From assembly GCA_002811645.1 (NCBI GenBank), contig PDIP01000011.1:214133-278132 (forward strand): a DNA stretch of 64,000 bases, written 5' to 3'. The notes under the pieces were generated by a model. That model made no database searches. It saw only the letters and a program-made list of their open reading frames with translations, and was not told where the DNA came from. Source of the DNA: Corallochytrium limacisporum Hawaii (taxonomy: Eukaryota; Protista; Pluriformea). Both the position numbers and the translations under genes were made by a program. Positions 47,301 through 56,891 of the stretch are shown here, in pieces (the stretch's first letter is position 1; each line of letters starts with the position of its first letter).

Positions 47301-49979
47301 CGAACTGGCGCCCGCAGCTTCATTGGGCTTACCGCCTGCTCCGCTAACTCCACCACTCTGTCCAGACACACCCATCTGGACTCCTGCAGTTTGGCCTGAA
47401 GTGGCCTGCGTCGTGGTCGCCAGCGGTTGGTTGCCCATAGCTAACAATGACGACAGCGGCGACTTCGCACGCTCGACTAAAATATCAAAGACACGGATTG
47501 TCCCCATATCTTCCAAGGGCGCGCTCACCGACACAGAGTCAAGCCACTCGGCCTCTCGTAGGGCAAAGGCACTGCTGCAGTCCCGAGCGAGATGTTTTGC
47601 GTCTCGTAGCAGTAAAATACCTAGGCGACGCAGGCTGACGATGGGCAGAATCAAAAGAGAAATGCCCACTGCTTCCAATGCAATAAAATGCTGCTCACCG
47701 ATTGATGTGTTCACACCGGAAGGGTCACTGCTGCCGACGCCGGACTCATTCGCCGCCGGTCCTGCCGTGCTGCTGCTCTTGACGTCCGGCGACTGTGCCG
47801 TGGCCTCACCGCTATAGGCTCGCGATTCGCGTATGATAATGTCACGGCAGTGAGCGACAATCTGGCGTAGCAGCATGCACACACCCTCCAGGACATGCAG
47901 GTGTGTGTCTGGTATCTCATTCATGACAAAATGGCAGTAACCCGAAACTACTGCACCGCGCAAGTGCGGGCACTGGTCCACTATGCGCTTCAGACACTCA
48001 AGAGCAGTCTTGCGGATATTCTTATCCACATGAATCGTGTTACGCGCTATTACCGTAAGCATATCCTGCTTGCTGAGGCGGGTGGGCATAACATACGGCA
48101 TGGACTGCAAGCAGAGCTTGAGTACGCCTTGGCCCCGCTGCAGATCCCCGCTCACGGATGTCGGATTGTCCACAAAAGTATGCACACAGCTTGCATTCAT
48201 GGCTACCAATAGATCACTTAGAGCCGCGCCTACAGCGGCATGGTAGCGCGCCATGCCAATGTTTTCAAGGCGTTGCTGGGAGAGCACCGGGCGGTTGCTC
48301 AGGGCTTCAGTTGTAGAACTGTCCGCTGCGTTCATCATGCCAGAGCTTGTGGTGCCGGGAAGACCGTCGACACGTTCCGACGCGTTAGCGTTTACGTAGG
48401 TTGGAAACTCGACTTCCTTGATCTTTTCATCCCGGTCGCGTAAAATGTAGAGATATGCCCGTAACCCCGTCATGATGCGAGAAAAAGGGATCGACTTACT
48501 GCTCTGGATGTTCATATTGCTAAGAATATCCAAAATGACATCCTCCATGGCGTACTCAAACTTGGCGTGCGCCATGAGGCGGATCACCTGTGCAAAGGCG
48601 TCCGGATCAGTGTCCTTAGGCAGCATCTGCCGCGTACCCTTCGGGAACATATCTGCGCACACCAGTTTCAACCGACTGCCCACAACCTTACCGTCTTCCT
48701 GCTTGATCCGCATAACATACACATACAGCAATCGATGGGCACACGCAAAGCATAGCCGTGCCGTCAGTCCGTCTTTGTTCTTCAAATTGCTCAGCGCAAT
48801 ATTCAGGAACGATGACCAATGTTCCAAGAAGAATCCTTTTTGACTACAGCTCAGAATATTGACAATGAGAGGAAAACAGCTAAGCAGGTACTTAGACTTA
48901 CGGGAGCTATCATAGACTGCCTTGAATAGGGTTTCGATGGCCTTACGAAAGACCGGGACGTTCACCTCGCTCTTCACAGATGCTGCCAGCGGCAACAAAA
49001 GCCGGGAGAGGGCCGTGCTAAACGCCGCCTTGATGTCCTGGTTTTTGCGCAGACCATTAAAGTAGTTTGCACAGCTCATCAAAAAGTCGCATGTCTCCTC
49101 CAAGGCCTGCATTGGGAACGTCTGTAACTTTAGGTACTCCATGCCATTAATCAGCGCAAATGTCATGTTCACGTTGACCGTGTTGGTGAGGAGACCGAGC
49201 ATCTTGGAGGTGATGGGTCCCAGTTTCTTCTCGCCAATGACGCCGAGAACTGTTGCGTAGCTTGAGTGAAGCGCCGACCGGTTCAGGGGTGATTGAGTCG
49301 GGTAGTAAATCGCACTCGACCGCATATTCTCCATGGCCTGGTCTGATAATTGTTCCATCAAATGCCCGTCCAACAACGTTTGCCCACCTTTGTCCAATCG
49401 ACATCGCAATGTTTTGATAATACACTTAGCACACAATAAATCTGCCATTAGCGCCCGCGCCTCCTTGGCCGTTTGTTTCGGATCCCGGTTGCTGACCTGG
49501 GACATCTGATAGCTGTTCCCGCCGGATGGGTTGCTACTCACGCGCGGGCTTTGTAGGACGAAGGGAGCTGCGTCACTCTCTGTTAGCCTCCGTCGGTGGT
49601 CACCCTGGTGGATCGCACCCCCCTGCAAATTTCCCTTCTTCCAGTCATTAAGTGCATTGATGAGCTCGGAACTATAGCTTTCCGCAGCCAACTGGCACAG
49701 AGCGTTGATGCAACGATTAAATCCAGGTTCCTGTTCTTCGCTGAAAACCCGCAGGAAGTTCATATCCGGATAATCCTTGGCCGACAGCACAATCCTCTCC
49801 GCGTCTGCAATAAAATTTTGGAACAGAAAAGTCAGAGCGTACGCTCCCGACGCTTCCTGCTCGCGTTTACTGTCACTGCCATCACCAATGTCTATGCTAT
49901 GCCCAGCCAATTTCCGGGTTTGTGAGGAAGACCTTTCCTGGTGCCTCGTGGGGGTTATTGAACCCCCGTTTTGGGTCAT
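38307..49979 (-). CDS. FRY: Furry/Tao3/Mor2 scaffold (NDR kinase/RAM network), 3890 aa, single exon
   Basis: N-terminal MOR2/PAG1-type segments LINGMEYLKLQTFP, LLLPLAASVKSEVNVP, FPLIVNILSCSQKGFFLEHW, RLLYVYVMRIKQE, MFPKG; KKRRRREIMRLHLARIY; HEAT/ARM-like helical blocks separated by low-complexity inserts. Confidence 0.92.
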   Translation of the reverse strand: MTQNGGSITPTRHQERSSSQTRKLAGHSIDIGDGSDSKREQEASGAYALTFLFQNFIADAERIVLSAKDYPDMNFLRVFSEEQEPGFNRCINALCQLAAESYSSELINALNDWKKGNLQGGAIHQGDHRRRLTESDAAPFVLQSPRVSSNPSGGNSYQMSQVSNRDPKQTAKEARALMADLLCAKCIIKTLRCRLDKGGQTLLDGHLMEQLSDQAMENMRSSAIYYPTQSPLNRSALHSSYATVLGVIGEKKLGPITSKMLGLLTNTVNVNMTFALINGMEYLKLQTFPMQALEETCDFLMSCANYFNGLRKNQDIKAAFSTALSRLLLPLAASVKSEVNVPVFRKAIETLFKAVYDSSRKSKYLLSCFPLIVNILSCSQKGFFLEHWSSFLNIALSNLKNKDGLTARLCFACAHRLLYVYVMRIKQEDGKVVGSRLKLVCADMFPKGTRQMLPKDTDPDAFAQVIRLMAHAKFEYAMEDVILDILSNMNIQSSKSIPFSRIMTGLRAYLYILRDRDEKIKEVEFPTYVNANASERVDGLPGTTSSGMMNAADSSTTEALSNRPVLSQQRLENIGMARYHAAVGAALSDLLVAMNASCVHTFVDNPTSVSGDLQRGQGVLKLCLQSMPYVMPTRLSKQDMLTVIARNTIHVDKNIRKTALECLKRIVDQCPHLRGAVVSGYCHFVMNEIPDTHLHVLEGVCMLLRQIVAHCRDIIIRESRAYSGEATAQSPDVKSSSTAGPAANESGVGSSDPSGVNTSIGEQHFIALEAVGISLLILPIVSLRRLGILLLRDAKHLARDCSSAFALREAEWLDSVSVSAPLEDMGTIRVFDILVERAKSPLSSLLAMGNQPLATTTQATSGQTAGVQMGVSGQSGGVSGAGGKPNEAAGASSQMPVSGASSPIRVPSSPLASMAADVLQLRAGTIATSSALTDHLCEFAMASGKQAQPTSRRQTRARLMNEVAWNNAVGDFLRALPPQQCWGLLSVLKRNFACRLVSLSQLVCGGDASDGGWHMSKSLMAGIEMLNAGQFSDKFTAGGAHVLWRCLLMSYAASAVTSIGLATAAAVRTPGPTGTGMNGGRVYSGVSSVGAGLNDSSVSTSAAGSDVGGGYAAAGQDLRGPSSSAPEDVAMPLHRRGPASSDASEHSGRVFPRVLSETAAVDRRHSRRSTGGLSNHDDSTASAPGVTGHHRGSTATQATMSANVHPSSRPISLTQGSLLALQDSAVEVGSPSSALSRKGAQGRSSGLSMKEILGSLLPLLRNENEMIVGPVVQALGFVHPDSLEAVLTELRPLVEETFRASSSKDDSAKKRRRREIMRLHLARIYSGITYNQECLVLSHPTIATLLTAYSDAIKGCLEVEYHAENEDCYLRMRWEYATYIFNLCTACGRDADALERLLPKEVRLSAFFLLSNWNGVFGKPVGGQGSLGAVGLQTGAGGGSSSGHASLPGASIFAGAIGKHHHRGFSNNASSAHGGANTRGSAFGGPGGGGPLAGDDDPDFELAQRPRGLIMAALPSPLMAYTDSSSSGGFGRSGGIRAGDGGAKAAAEYTDTLNILLYDCCNHAMASMCMGHPFDGRPIDATSYFVQWIDVLLSNPALNSAVIGPGDPLTIGSGLPRPRGLSYTGQTPGGTGTVDSVPGGGSGAAVAVATAKADFSRRSSALTVADGAKSAAAGSGYGGGRGSGFGVRGGSGSGGGPDVPSSDDSYRAGISALEHLLRHTNLMPSLLECVLARCFNGSTIFVTRGYFTALCRVLTDPDLHEGRREAWKLQLQTNNASSLLFVTLYMLGSYRVDIRLAAVALFEEIFPPSFMVVPVLHYATMGKGQTVRSATIDCESGQRYWDDAHLSSVSSPLPGTYRDSQQQFSQALAMSQKFWEDVALERKPSLLSHAGDYGLPTPGDKAIVIRGQDRVRSQDYALCSPLMVIREMARRFLVAGRANRRNILQLISPWILCIVEDQATPALQLRELFEVLLYLTSINEDDYPQEIEYLWRIATQEVQHFNECVRFMIEYNMAVSSPQAMEYSRRVIAILSRHQSERLSEVLALMLRAMQHAGGSNRRQSRQVNSASWGLNGARRIKTTDRREDSSGSDSLLDAIFSGVSKDSSSGGGSTGNNLAAADSHISMSSTGTGPLTERSMGTLNDGTATTATRGSGGSANRGSSNSRFTYATGHLKRRLRKRESMQRGMMFGPLIDLVPFAVDIMAPYTEFDIGVMLLRDLVYEQTFKQFFATYLPDIMHCILLISIQGNIDVSEQAAQLLQNLLETCRDSSSTSATTAAGAPGSAGMRRTSSSEGMLNTAAPSSAAALSSSSSPGARSAVGGAGSSAVPAAASGSATSAAAKIVPAPTHPEHLLLFRKQFEPLRTAKNLPQGHSAGASGGGSAGTGLLLTEHDVQDYVAFVLRNFDHMTTDLETKWAAVSHRWSTQSIYRNYAVPSLLVRRFLKAPISRANVLEHLGRIMPLVGGNVESDLGAGDTVRTTGTYNSTASKRSTAGGGKGGSNVRKLAKEMAERTAYCVETMKTLRSMLYMSNMRDTNQVAIFLSTAACLLTSPVAQEFRHGVGLLLDTLWYYDILEDDGSGVRYLDEAMVSATLVVEELWSPSKQGFVAPKNGLRDPTLESHDTKESSDNADATSKFPGLLVLIENILCKRQQCVTPTAWNLALAPGGIFYGGEQNVTVDFCLTLAAALSPYLPNRFVSHDPNTGFVFTTMTVLPLLVNRLRTGVDALSMVSDDGGIGVGPSGAAAGGADGVRRARSASTNLQYGQVPGSGGTPNGGKGPGLDGSATSSATGGVHGHGSSITVNDATGAQHPKRSSLGDGRVAVVAADENPRLPSAAANQFFAEVDSARKPFEIWRKFLLENPKAVQGVRCPVLPSVAVGQTAVGFSMAPGNPGDMDTGLSATMLAPQGPSLNSASTDMLGGSGSSPTPVTFMHMPSRDIIAFKLMETLSGQAETLGYTNLAKVCLQYSVLMAAASGATELGAQGGGAGTGGQMRAAASRMSVAVPAGANAATGGTAQGFLDTRKLEQWNDDLVRFVMSSAFPRYLVYTCDLLADLIDVCSGQDVAQHLGTLAQIFRHAATHKFYMGHVAMPLVRKLVLKLKVADGFDALLGFMSTVVSISGSAKSGASNPLDPFNIEPGDEESYFYNPFSGDGTSSGGAGGSSQGQPSMAENTILLPPSAREPPPATVGELFRHLVGLFVATEAIAYSVSGDMFDNEEHDDDDQVADSVLVSTDPSKKNVDGSDRQDDDTRRTLTERVLSPVGSHPDEDHGFDEYRAKQEEGNTIPADLISEDSTIGADHNERAADADDLDHGPEKGHEDDESDHEPHHTESVDVLGDSFQEGTFKDTYRDFFQDVEVVTALAEFDFLENFGVEDDADFALPTGGDLDEETEDYVEHEDVSVKLPRSYGIGEAATAPGDDEDLPSSTTLDGTASLGGSMPNLASQAKAPSATGSGMLKTTNSSATASAASSRTGTVSAASSSTALREEAGRGLPQALKPQLPPKTRPSVRDMDSSVDIDTDTPKTSVATTMSSAGGSGEGAAVAAAGVGLTAATGARTPEESSPVASPRRTRPSRENSGADGVAPETTGSLDPISAAAHRTRSDESVGPPKVPPHFATMRGRGSAAGNRGPQFEGSQEMLQELTQQILAKHGRSTADLDSVGSTGGMRSSVTASNAAAARSMPGGLNRAVSLEDPSLGAGVPAESSPLRSRAMDSGGSASISARSVSADPGDHGSGMHGSVRRPTRRASPREPNRMADPSASGDVTARVSAAVAPPLPPRSTAGAVGSSAPDLSGAGSAAVAGAVQRPPPPPQRTRGHTLSTAQGHAVAAQLKSEEAAADLASVGPARSLPAVGVTTDDAAAAQLVGPDGKPVPPPRPSRHRSAVQRPTYQR

Positions 49980-52019
49980 ATTGTGTGTGAGGATTGCTCG
50001 TTCTTGTCGATGTCTTCTTTCCAGTATCTACCCTGTCATTCTGGATACAGAAATCTACTCTCCAGAGTACATCGCTATCACTGAAATCTTTCGTTTGTAG
50101 GTGAAAATGTGGGGATCACGTTAACTACTATCGCCTTTACGCGAGATCCAAACTTCCTACCAGCTCTCGAAGTTCTCTCACTGGTCGGATCGCAAAGTAT
50201 TGCGTTGCGGTGTACACTCTGAGAGGTCGCTTATCTGTCAAGTTCCTCTTGTGCAATTTCTAATGACCAATAGACATAAAAATCCTGGCTCATGTATCCG
50301 CGTTCGGATCCTTTGCCGTGGCTTTTCCGCTACTGTCTGTTCTGAGGACTCCCTCCGGGTGCAAGGGTTGGATCAGTTCCCGTCAGTCTCATATAGCATT
50401 TCTTCTCACCTACTCCTTTCAATACACCGTTAATATATTCTCTGAAATGATCAAGCAGAATGTGATCAAAACATATCCATATCATATCCTACTCAAGGAT
50501 TCGGGACAAAGTGAATAAACAAAAGAGCCCCAAAGTTCTTAAAAAAACTCTGACAAACCACCGCTACATGCCCAAGACCGCGACCCCGCCCCGTCCCTTC
50601 TGGCCGCCCCCCCCCCCCAATCTGCCGCACTCTTCGCGCACCCTGGCCATTTGTCACTTTTTCCAGCCACACAAACTCAGAGGCTCTCTACTCCCTGTCC
50701 CCCTGTACGGCCTGCCCACTCTTGTCTTCCATTCCCATCTCGCCTCAAACCCCCCCTCGTTCCTTCCCTTATCTGTTCTCAGTGTAAGGGGCCCCTAGCA
50801 GCCGCCAGAGGCCCAAGTGTAGCGCTCCGGGCCCCACCAAAAACACTGCTAAAAGAAAAAAGCTGAGACAGAAGACCAGAAGACGAGAATAGAGAGAGAG
50901 AGAGAGAGAGCGAGAGAGCGAGAGAGAGACAGAGAGAGAGAATAGCCGCCCGCCTAAACCAACCCCCCCCCCTCTCCACACCAAACACACACATATCCCA
51001 CACACACTCCACATCACACACACACAACCAAACAAGGGTAGTCGATAAGGATGAAAGGGTAGGGGCAATGAAACTATGGGAAAACCAGAATAAAAGGGTC
51101 TCCTCGGTCCCCCCCCCCCTCCTCCACCCTACCTTCCTCCCCAACACCGGTCAGTTCTCGTACTTCTCCTCGTATCCAGCCACCAGCGCGCCCAAAAACC
51201 CCCCGCCGTCTCCTCGCTTCCTCTTTTCATATACAGGACAGAGACACCTCCCGCAGCCCGAGTCGATTTACGCCACCGGTTTCGGGGTAAGTGTTTCACA
51301 GGGAATTTCTGATTTAAGACCTCATGCCTGGGGATATATCGCTTTTAGCTCCAACCCCCGGCGTTTGCACTCCCGCTGGGACTGATGGCCCCCCGCCCCC
51401 GGGGGGGGGGGGTTTGGAAAAATGACGTTCTCTTGCCAAATCCGTCAGGCAGAACCCTTTAACATCGGTTAGAAAAGTCCTCCCAGGGCAAGTCTTCATC
51501 TTCGATAATGAAAGTACTAAGAAAAATGGCACAGTGGTGCCATACTGAACCAAAGTGCCCAGCGCGGTGGTATGTTCTCAAGTGATCCCGTCAGGTCTCT
51601 CAATTCAGTACTAAATGTATAGCAATCAGAAGAAAAGAGACTCCGGATCATCCTCCACTTTGTTTCGCGGAGATCGCAGCGCTCTGAGTGGCTGGAATGG
51701 GACGGCCGCCCGAGGAGCGCGTAGAGCAGGAGGACAGGTAGGGATTTGATTCGACTTCGTAGAAGAGCGGTGGTCCAGAACGAGATCAATGCGGGGATGG
51801 AATAGGAAAACTCAGGTGGTAAGGCTTACAAATGATGCCGATGGCGGCAATACTCTATTCTATCTGTAGTTCTTGTTTTGACACATACGCGTGTTATTGA
51901 TGAATAATCGTTCTTCGTTGCACCAATGCGTGTGTTGGTTTGACACGTAGATGACCACGGAACCATGAACTCTCCGACAATCCGTAGTCTGTGTCCGCTC
52001 TCGCGATCAAGTTTAGTTT

Positions 52020-53045
52020 TCAGTGTCCCTTGCTCTTTATCTGCTTCACAGTCCACTTCCAAAGCTCAGAAGCGGCAGCCTCGGAGCGGCTAAGTTCAGT
52101 GCGCGGGTATCCGAGTACTGTGTCGGCATAGTACTCGCCCCCGATCAGTTCCTCAGTGGGCGCCAGGGTGAGGTAGATCTGCGTGCGGGCACCGCTTGCG
52201 GCACTCTTCAGCAGAGTGGCAAGTATTGCATCCCGCACTACACCACCCGGAAAACTGCGGTAGAAGTCTGTGGCAACACTACCCGGGTGAACACTATAGA
52301 AATGTACGCCATCCTTGCCGTAGCGCTTCTCGCCTTCGATGGCGTGTAGGATGTTCGCGAGTTTGGCGTTGCCGTACTGTGGGCCACCGTTATATGGGCG
52401 CTCCTCGTATAGCATGTCATCGGTGTTCCAATTTGCCATGGTGTGGGCCAAGGAGGCGACATTAACGACTTTGGCAGGTTTGGAGGCTTTGAGAACGGAA
52501 ATGAGCTGCTCGGTCAGGTGGAAGGTACCAATATGACAGACACCCATGGTCGATTCAAAACCGTCCTTGGTCTCTGAACGCTTGTTGACGAGCACGAGGC
52601 CAGCATTGTTGACAAGCACGTGCAAGGGCCGCTTGGAAGCCTTATAGCGCTGCGCGAATTTCTCAATACTGCTCAGGTCTGCCAGGTCTACAAGTTCCAA
52701 ACTGATCTTACCGCCCTTCTTCTCTTCCTGTTCGTCTAGAGCTTTCTGAATCTTTGCCACGGCGTCCTTGCCCTTGGGCTCGCTGCGGCAACCAGCCACG
52801 ACATCCCAGCCGTGCAGGGCGAGGTATCTGGCAGTCTCAAAACCAATGCCAGTATTGGCACCGGTGACAATTGCGGTCGGCTTCTTCTGCGGTTTCCAGA
52901 AGGAGTTGTCCTGCTCCAGGCGGCTCAAGTTGTCACCATAGATGGTCTGAGAGGCACGGACAAAATATTCCTTTACATTGCCCCAGAGAATCGAATGCCA
53001 CTGAGGACTGACGTGGCTGATCTGCTCTTGTTTTTCTTCAGACAT
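52020..53045 (-). CDS. Short-chain dehydrogenase/reductase, retinol dehydrogenase (RDH11-14/WWOX)-like
   Basis: TGANTGIG, VDLADLSSI, LVNNAG, VNVAS, catalytic YGNAK, HPGSVAT. Confidence 0.95.
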   Translation of the reverse strand: MSEEKQEQISHVSPQWHSILWGNVKEYFVRASQTIYGDNLSRLEQDNSFWKPQKKPTAIVTGANTGIGFETARYLALHGWDVVAGCRSEPKGKDAVAKIQKALDEQEEKKGGKISLELVDLADLSSIEKFAQRYKASKRPLHVLVNNAGLVLVNKRSETKDGFESTMGVCHIGTFHLTEQLISVLKASKPAKVVNVASLAHTMANWNTDDMLYEERPYNGGPQYGNAKLANILHAIEGEKRYGKDGVHFYSVHPGSVATDFYRSFPGGVVRDAILATLLKSAASGARTQIYLTLAPTEELIGGEYYADTVLGYPRTELSRSEAAASELWKWTVKQIKSKGH

Positions 53046-56000
53046 TGTTTCCTATCAAGTCGAGATACTAATATTGGACTGAGATGACTACTGCAGGATG
53101 CGTTCTGTAAGCTCTCTATATACACCTGCATCTTGAACATGTTAACGTGCACAGACTCATGTTCACATCTATTCCGTAAATTTGGCGAACTGTCCACGTC
53201 AACGGCCCATTAACCGCAGATCTTTGAAATTGTTGTGGTACCATCCGGTGGTGTCTGATGGGTCCCCTCCCCATCCGTGCTCACTGTGGAAAAATAACGC
53301 CGAGGACCTGGAAGGACAGAGAAGAATGGCCGAACGGTCGCAATCACATTCCTGCCCTTTGTTGTTCCCACTCTCTCCAGGCCGCAATGGGGTGGGGCTC
53401 GGCCATGAACAAGTTGGAAATGAGTTGGCGGTGAGAAGACCTGCCGAACTGGCTGAAAAATTAGCGGTGCGTATACACGGGAGTCTATTTCATGTCCCAG
53501 ACACCAGATATGGTAAGTTACATAAATAGGCCCCAAATATCCCTGTCCCGAAATTCACTCTGGTTGGGCAGTCAATTTTAAGGGTTTGGTTGTTTATTGT
53601 CAAGAGGCCCGCGCGTCTCGTTGCGATGGATGGAGGCTTGTGTTTCTAACCACCTTTGACAAAAGGCAATGGAACGTACCGGTGGTACCAGTTTGTACCA
53701 CTCGTGTGCTGGAATGAAATATATTTGAAACGTGTACCCGTAAGTTGGGGTGAATTCATGAGACCGGTTTGGCATAGGCCCATTTTCACTGTGCTCCGAA
53801 ATATCTTGGTTGGCCCAGCCTCGTTTTGACGATCAATACAGCTGCTCTTGAAATCTAATTGGGCCGGGGATTTGTGATCGAATGTTTTTAGCTCTCCTGT
53901 GAGCATCGACAATCTCCATATTCGATCATTTCATTTGAGAGACGGGGTTCGGCCAGCCGGTTGTTAGTGGTTATTCAGCGTCTGCTACCCCCCGCAACGA
54001 CGCGGATCTCTACACCTGCGGGACAAAAAATAGAAGTTGGTAGGTCCCATCGCCCCTGCATTTCCTAGTTTTTTTTTTGACAAAACATGAATTCGGGGCG
54101 GGAGGGAACGGATATGTACCTACTAACCCAGTCAATGGTGTCCCCTTCCGTCCCGCTCTGCCTCCTCGTTCGTTCCGGCATCCTCGCAAACCATGGTCTG
54201 TCCCAGAGCTCAGAGTGTGTCTTTCCAACGGCGAGAAAAGCTTTCTAGGAGAAATCAATAGATACCAAGCTGAAGCAACTCGAATACTGCGCTACTGCGC
54301 AAGTTGATGAGTTCTCTCGGTTGGTCAACTTTCAAATCATGTAATTAGGCCCCTGCCACAGGGCCATCGGTCCCACACCCCCAGTAATGTTATTGATTAT
54401 GCCCAATTGGTGGGCGGGAAGCTGTTTCTGTTTCTAAGGGCTGAGTTTGTCTACACGAGGTTTCCCATACAGACCCTGCTCTAGAATAAGAGGGGTAGTT
54501 TTAGTGAAGCGATACCAATGCAAAATCCCGGTGCACAACCTATCTGACCTGTTCATGTATTGCCATGTGCGCGCTGTTTGCTTTCGAAAGTAGGGGCCTC
54601 CCTCACGAAGAACTTGTCATTGTGAGGTCTTTCAGGACAATCGATACCGGACTTAAAACTGATAGCCTGTCTTCTGCGGAGATAAAGAGACGTGGACGAT
54701 CGAAGCTGTGTCGGACGGGTTGAATGAAACCAATCGACACCCAAGGCCCCGCATTGTCGGTTTGCAACATGACCTGTAGCACAGCCAACTAAAACCTCCG
54801 CCTTCAGCTTCGCCCACATGGCTGTTCACGGCCATAGCACAACAAGTCACTGGCCATATCACGGGGACGCCCAATGTAGGAAGGTTGTCCAGGCGCCGCT
54901 ATTGATAGTATCAATAAGACAAAAACACTGCAGCAATGCCTTCAACGCCGATGTTCCCAGCCAAGCCTGCCCAAATACATACTGATGTTACGTAGTAGTG
55001 ATGAACCACCACGAGGCGAGTTGTCCCCTACAAAATACATTAGATCCATTGGCCGGGATGGGACCAGGTGGCGCGAAATTCGCGTCAATCAGGCACACTG
55101 CTGCCAAACACATTCTTCAACAGAAACCGTGATATTATAATACCTAAGCACGTCCGTCACAGCCCACCGCCACCCCTGCTCTGATTTCTTTTTGCGTTTT
55201 TTGTTTCGCTCTCCTTTTCCACTGGAGGGAGCTGTGTGATATATCGCCGATAGGATTTCTATGCCAAGGCAACTCTCATTCTATAGCTTGAAGAGCAACA
55301 TCGAACAAACCCAGTCAGGCCCTCCATGGTTTCGTAACATCCCTCTATGCAAAGGTGGGTTAGACTTAGTCATAGCGTACTAAAAATACATTTCCCACGA
55401 CTGATGTACTGAAGAGATCCAATTACACTGGCAGATCACCAAGAAAGAGATGATCTCCAGGATGAAGAAGTATAGCCCATCGTGATATTTCTGATTTTCT
55501 TGTACGTGGACATCGGTTTCTTGCAAGTAAACTTTGTATGTGAAGCTGATGCTCACGATGATGCAAAACGTCAAGGGCTACCGTTCTGCTGTGGTCAGAT
55601 CACTTGGCGCCAGTCCAATTTGCTATGGACTGCTGAAACGAATCACACAATACTCTGCAATACTTTCCCATCACACCCAAAAAGCCCGAGAAGACACATC
55701 GAAATACGAGCAGATCGACACACACGGAGTGTGCTTGCATAGAATCACTATGCAATCCTCAGATGTGAATCTGAAGCCCGGGTCCTTCCACAGTGAACGA
55801 CCTCAACAGCAGTGTAAGACAAGATTAGCGATTGGCTTGCAGGGGAGCAACTGGACAACGTAATATTCCCGTCGGGCTAGTAGTGGTATCACAATTTCCC
55901 CTTTGTTCCCAACCGACCGCGTACCGCGTCGTTGGATGATACCTGGTGCCCCGCACCGCTCCTCCCCCTCCCCCGCCCCAAATTTCCGTGAGGGTCGGAC

Positions 56001-56891
56001 CCCGGTTTTCTTGTCGTCGCACGGCCCGAGTGACGGTATTCGTCTCCAAACGCTTCCTCCCTCGCGTAACGTAGGCTGACGTTACAGCGGTTTTGGTGGG
56101 AGGGGGGCAAGGGGGGAAAGGAGGATGGTGAAAGTCATTGGTGGTGTTCAACTGGCTGCTGGTGCTGTGAAGTGTGCTATGCCCGGCGAATAGGTTCCAG
56201 TCGGTTTCCCGTCGATACCACAAAGCTGCCTCTCTACGTCCATCATGTCGATGGCTTTTGAGGTTTTCATCCCCGTCTTACTGTTCCTCTTAGTTGTCGT
56301 CGCTTGGGACTAGTAAGTTTTCATCGCGGATCAAACAATCCTATGAAATTTGCCTATTGATTAGGTATGGGGAGCAGGTAAGCGAACGATCAGATGGACA
56401 GCGAGAAATATTCTAGAGAGATCGAACTCTCGGGAGGGAGGGTGGGAGACAGAACGCGAGCGAGACAGACGAGAGGTATAGCGAGTGCAAGAGCGGAAAT
56501 GCGGGGGAAAAGGATAGCAAGGAGGCGTCTAGATTTCCATGCGAAATGTGGGACCGAGGATCGACCATTTCATATGCTTTGCTCCGTCTCTGCCATCCTG
56601 AGATCTCGTGCGTCCTTCCGGTTCTCGTTTCTTGTTCTTTGTGAAGATGTCCGTCAGATAGTCCACCGACTGATGGACACATTCAAATGCATTATTGTTG
56701 AGCTTGGATCCCTGGCAGGTACTTAGTGAGGAGTGTTGGAAGTCACAACGCGTGAGAAGGAACCGAGCAGGTAAATGTACGTTTCGATTTGGTCCGTTCT
56801 TTCAAATACGATCGTACTGAACGTGTGCGTGTTTGTGTGTGTAAAGAGCAAAACCTATCTTACCTGATTGTTCACCCTAAAAACGACAGCA

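Noticed and set aside
38941-48843. Numerous + strand ORFs opposite Furry (and opposite other CDSs)
   Set aside because: Antisense shadows of codon-biased real genes.
54553-55863. Pseudogene in the SDR-GH114 gap
   Set aside because: Six-frame reading gave no recognisable family.
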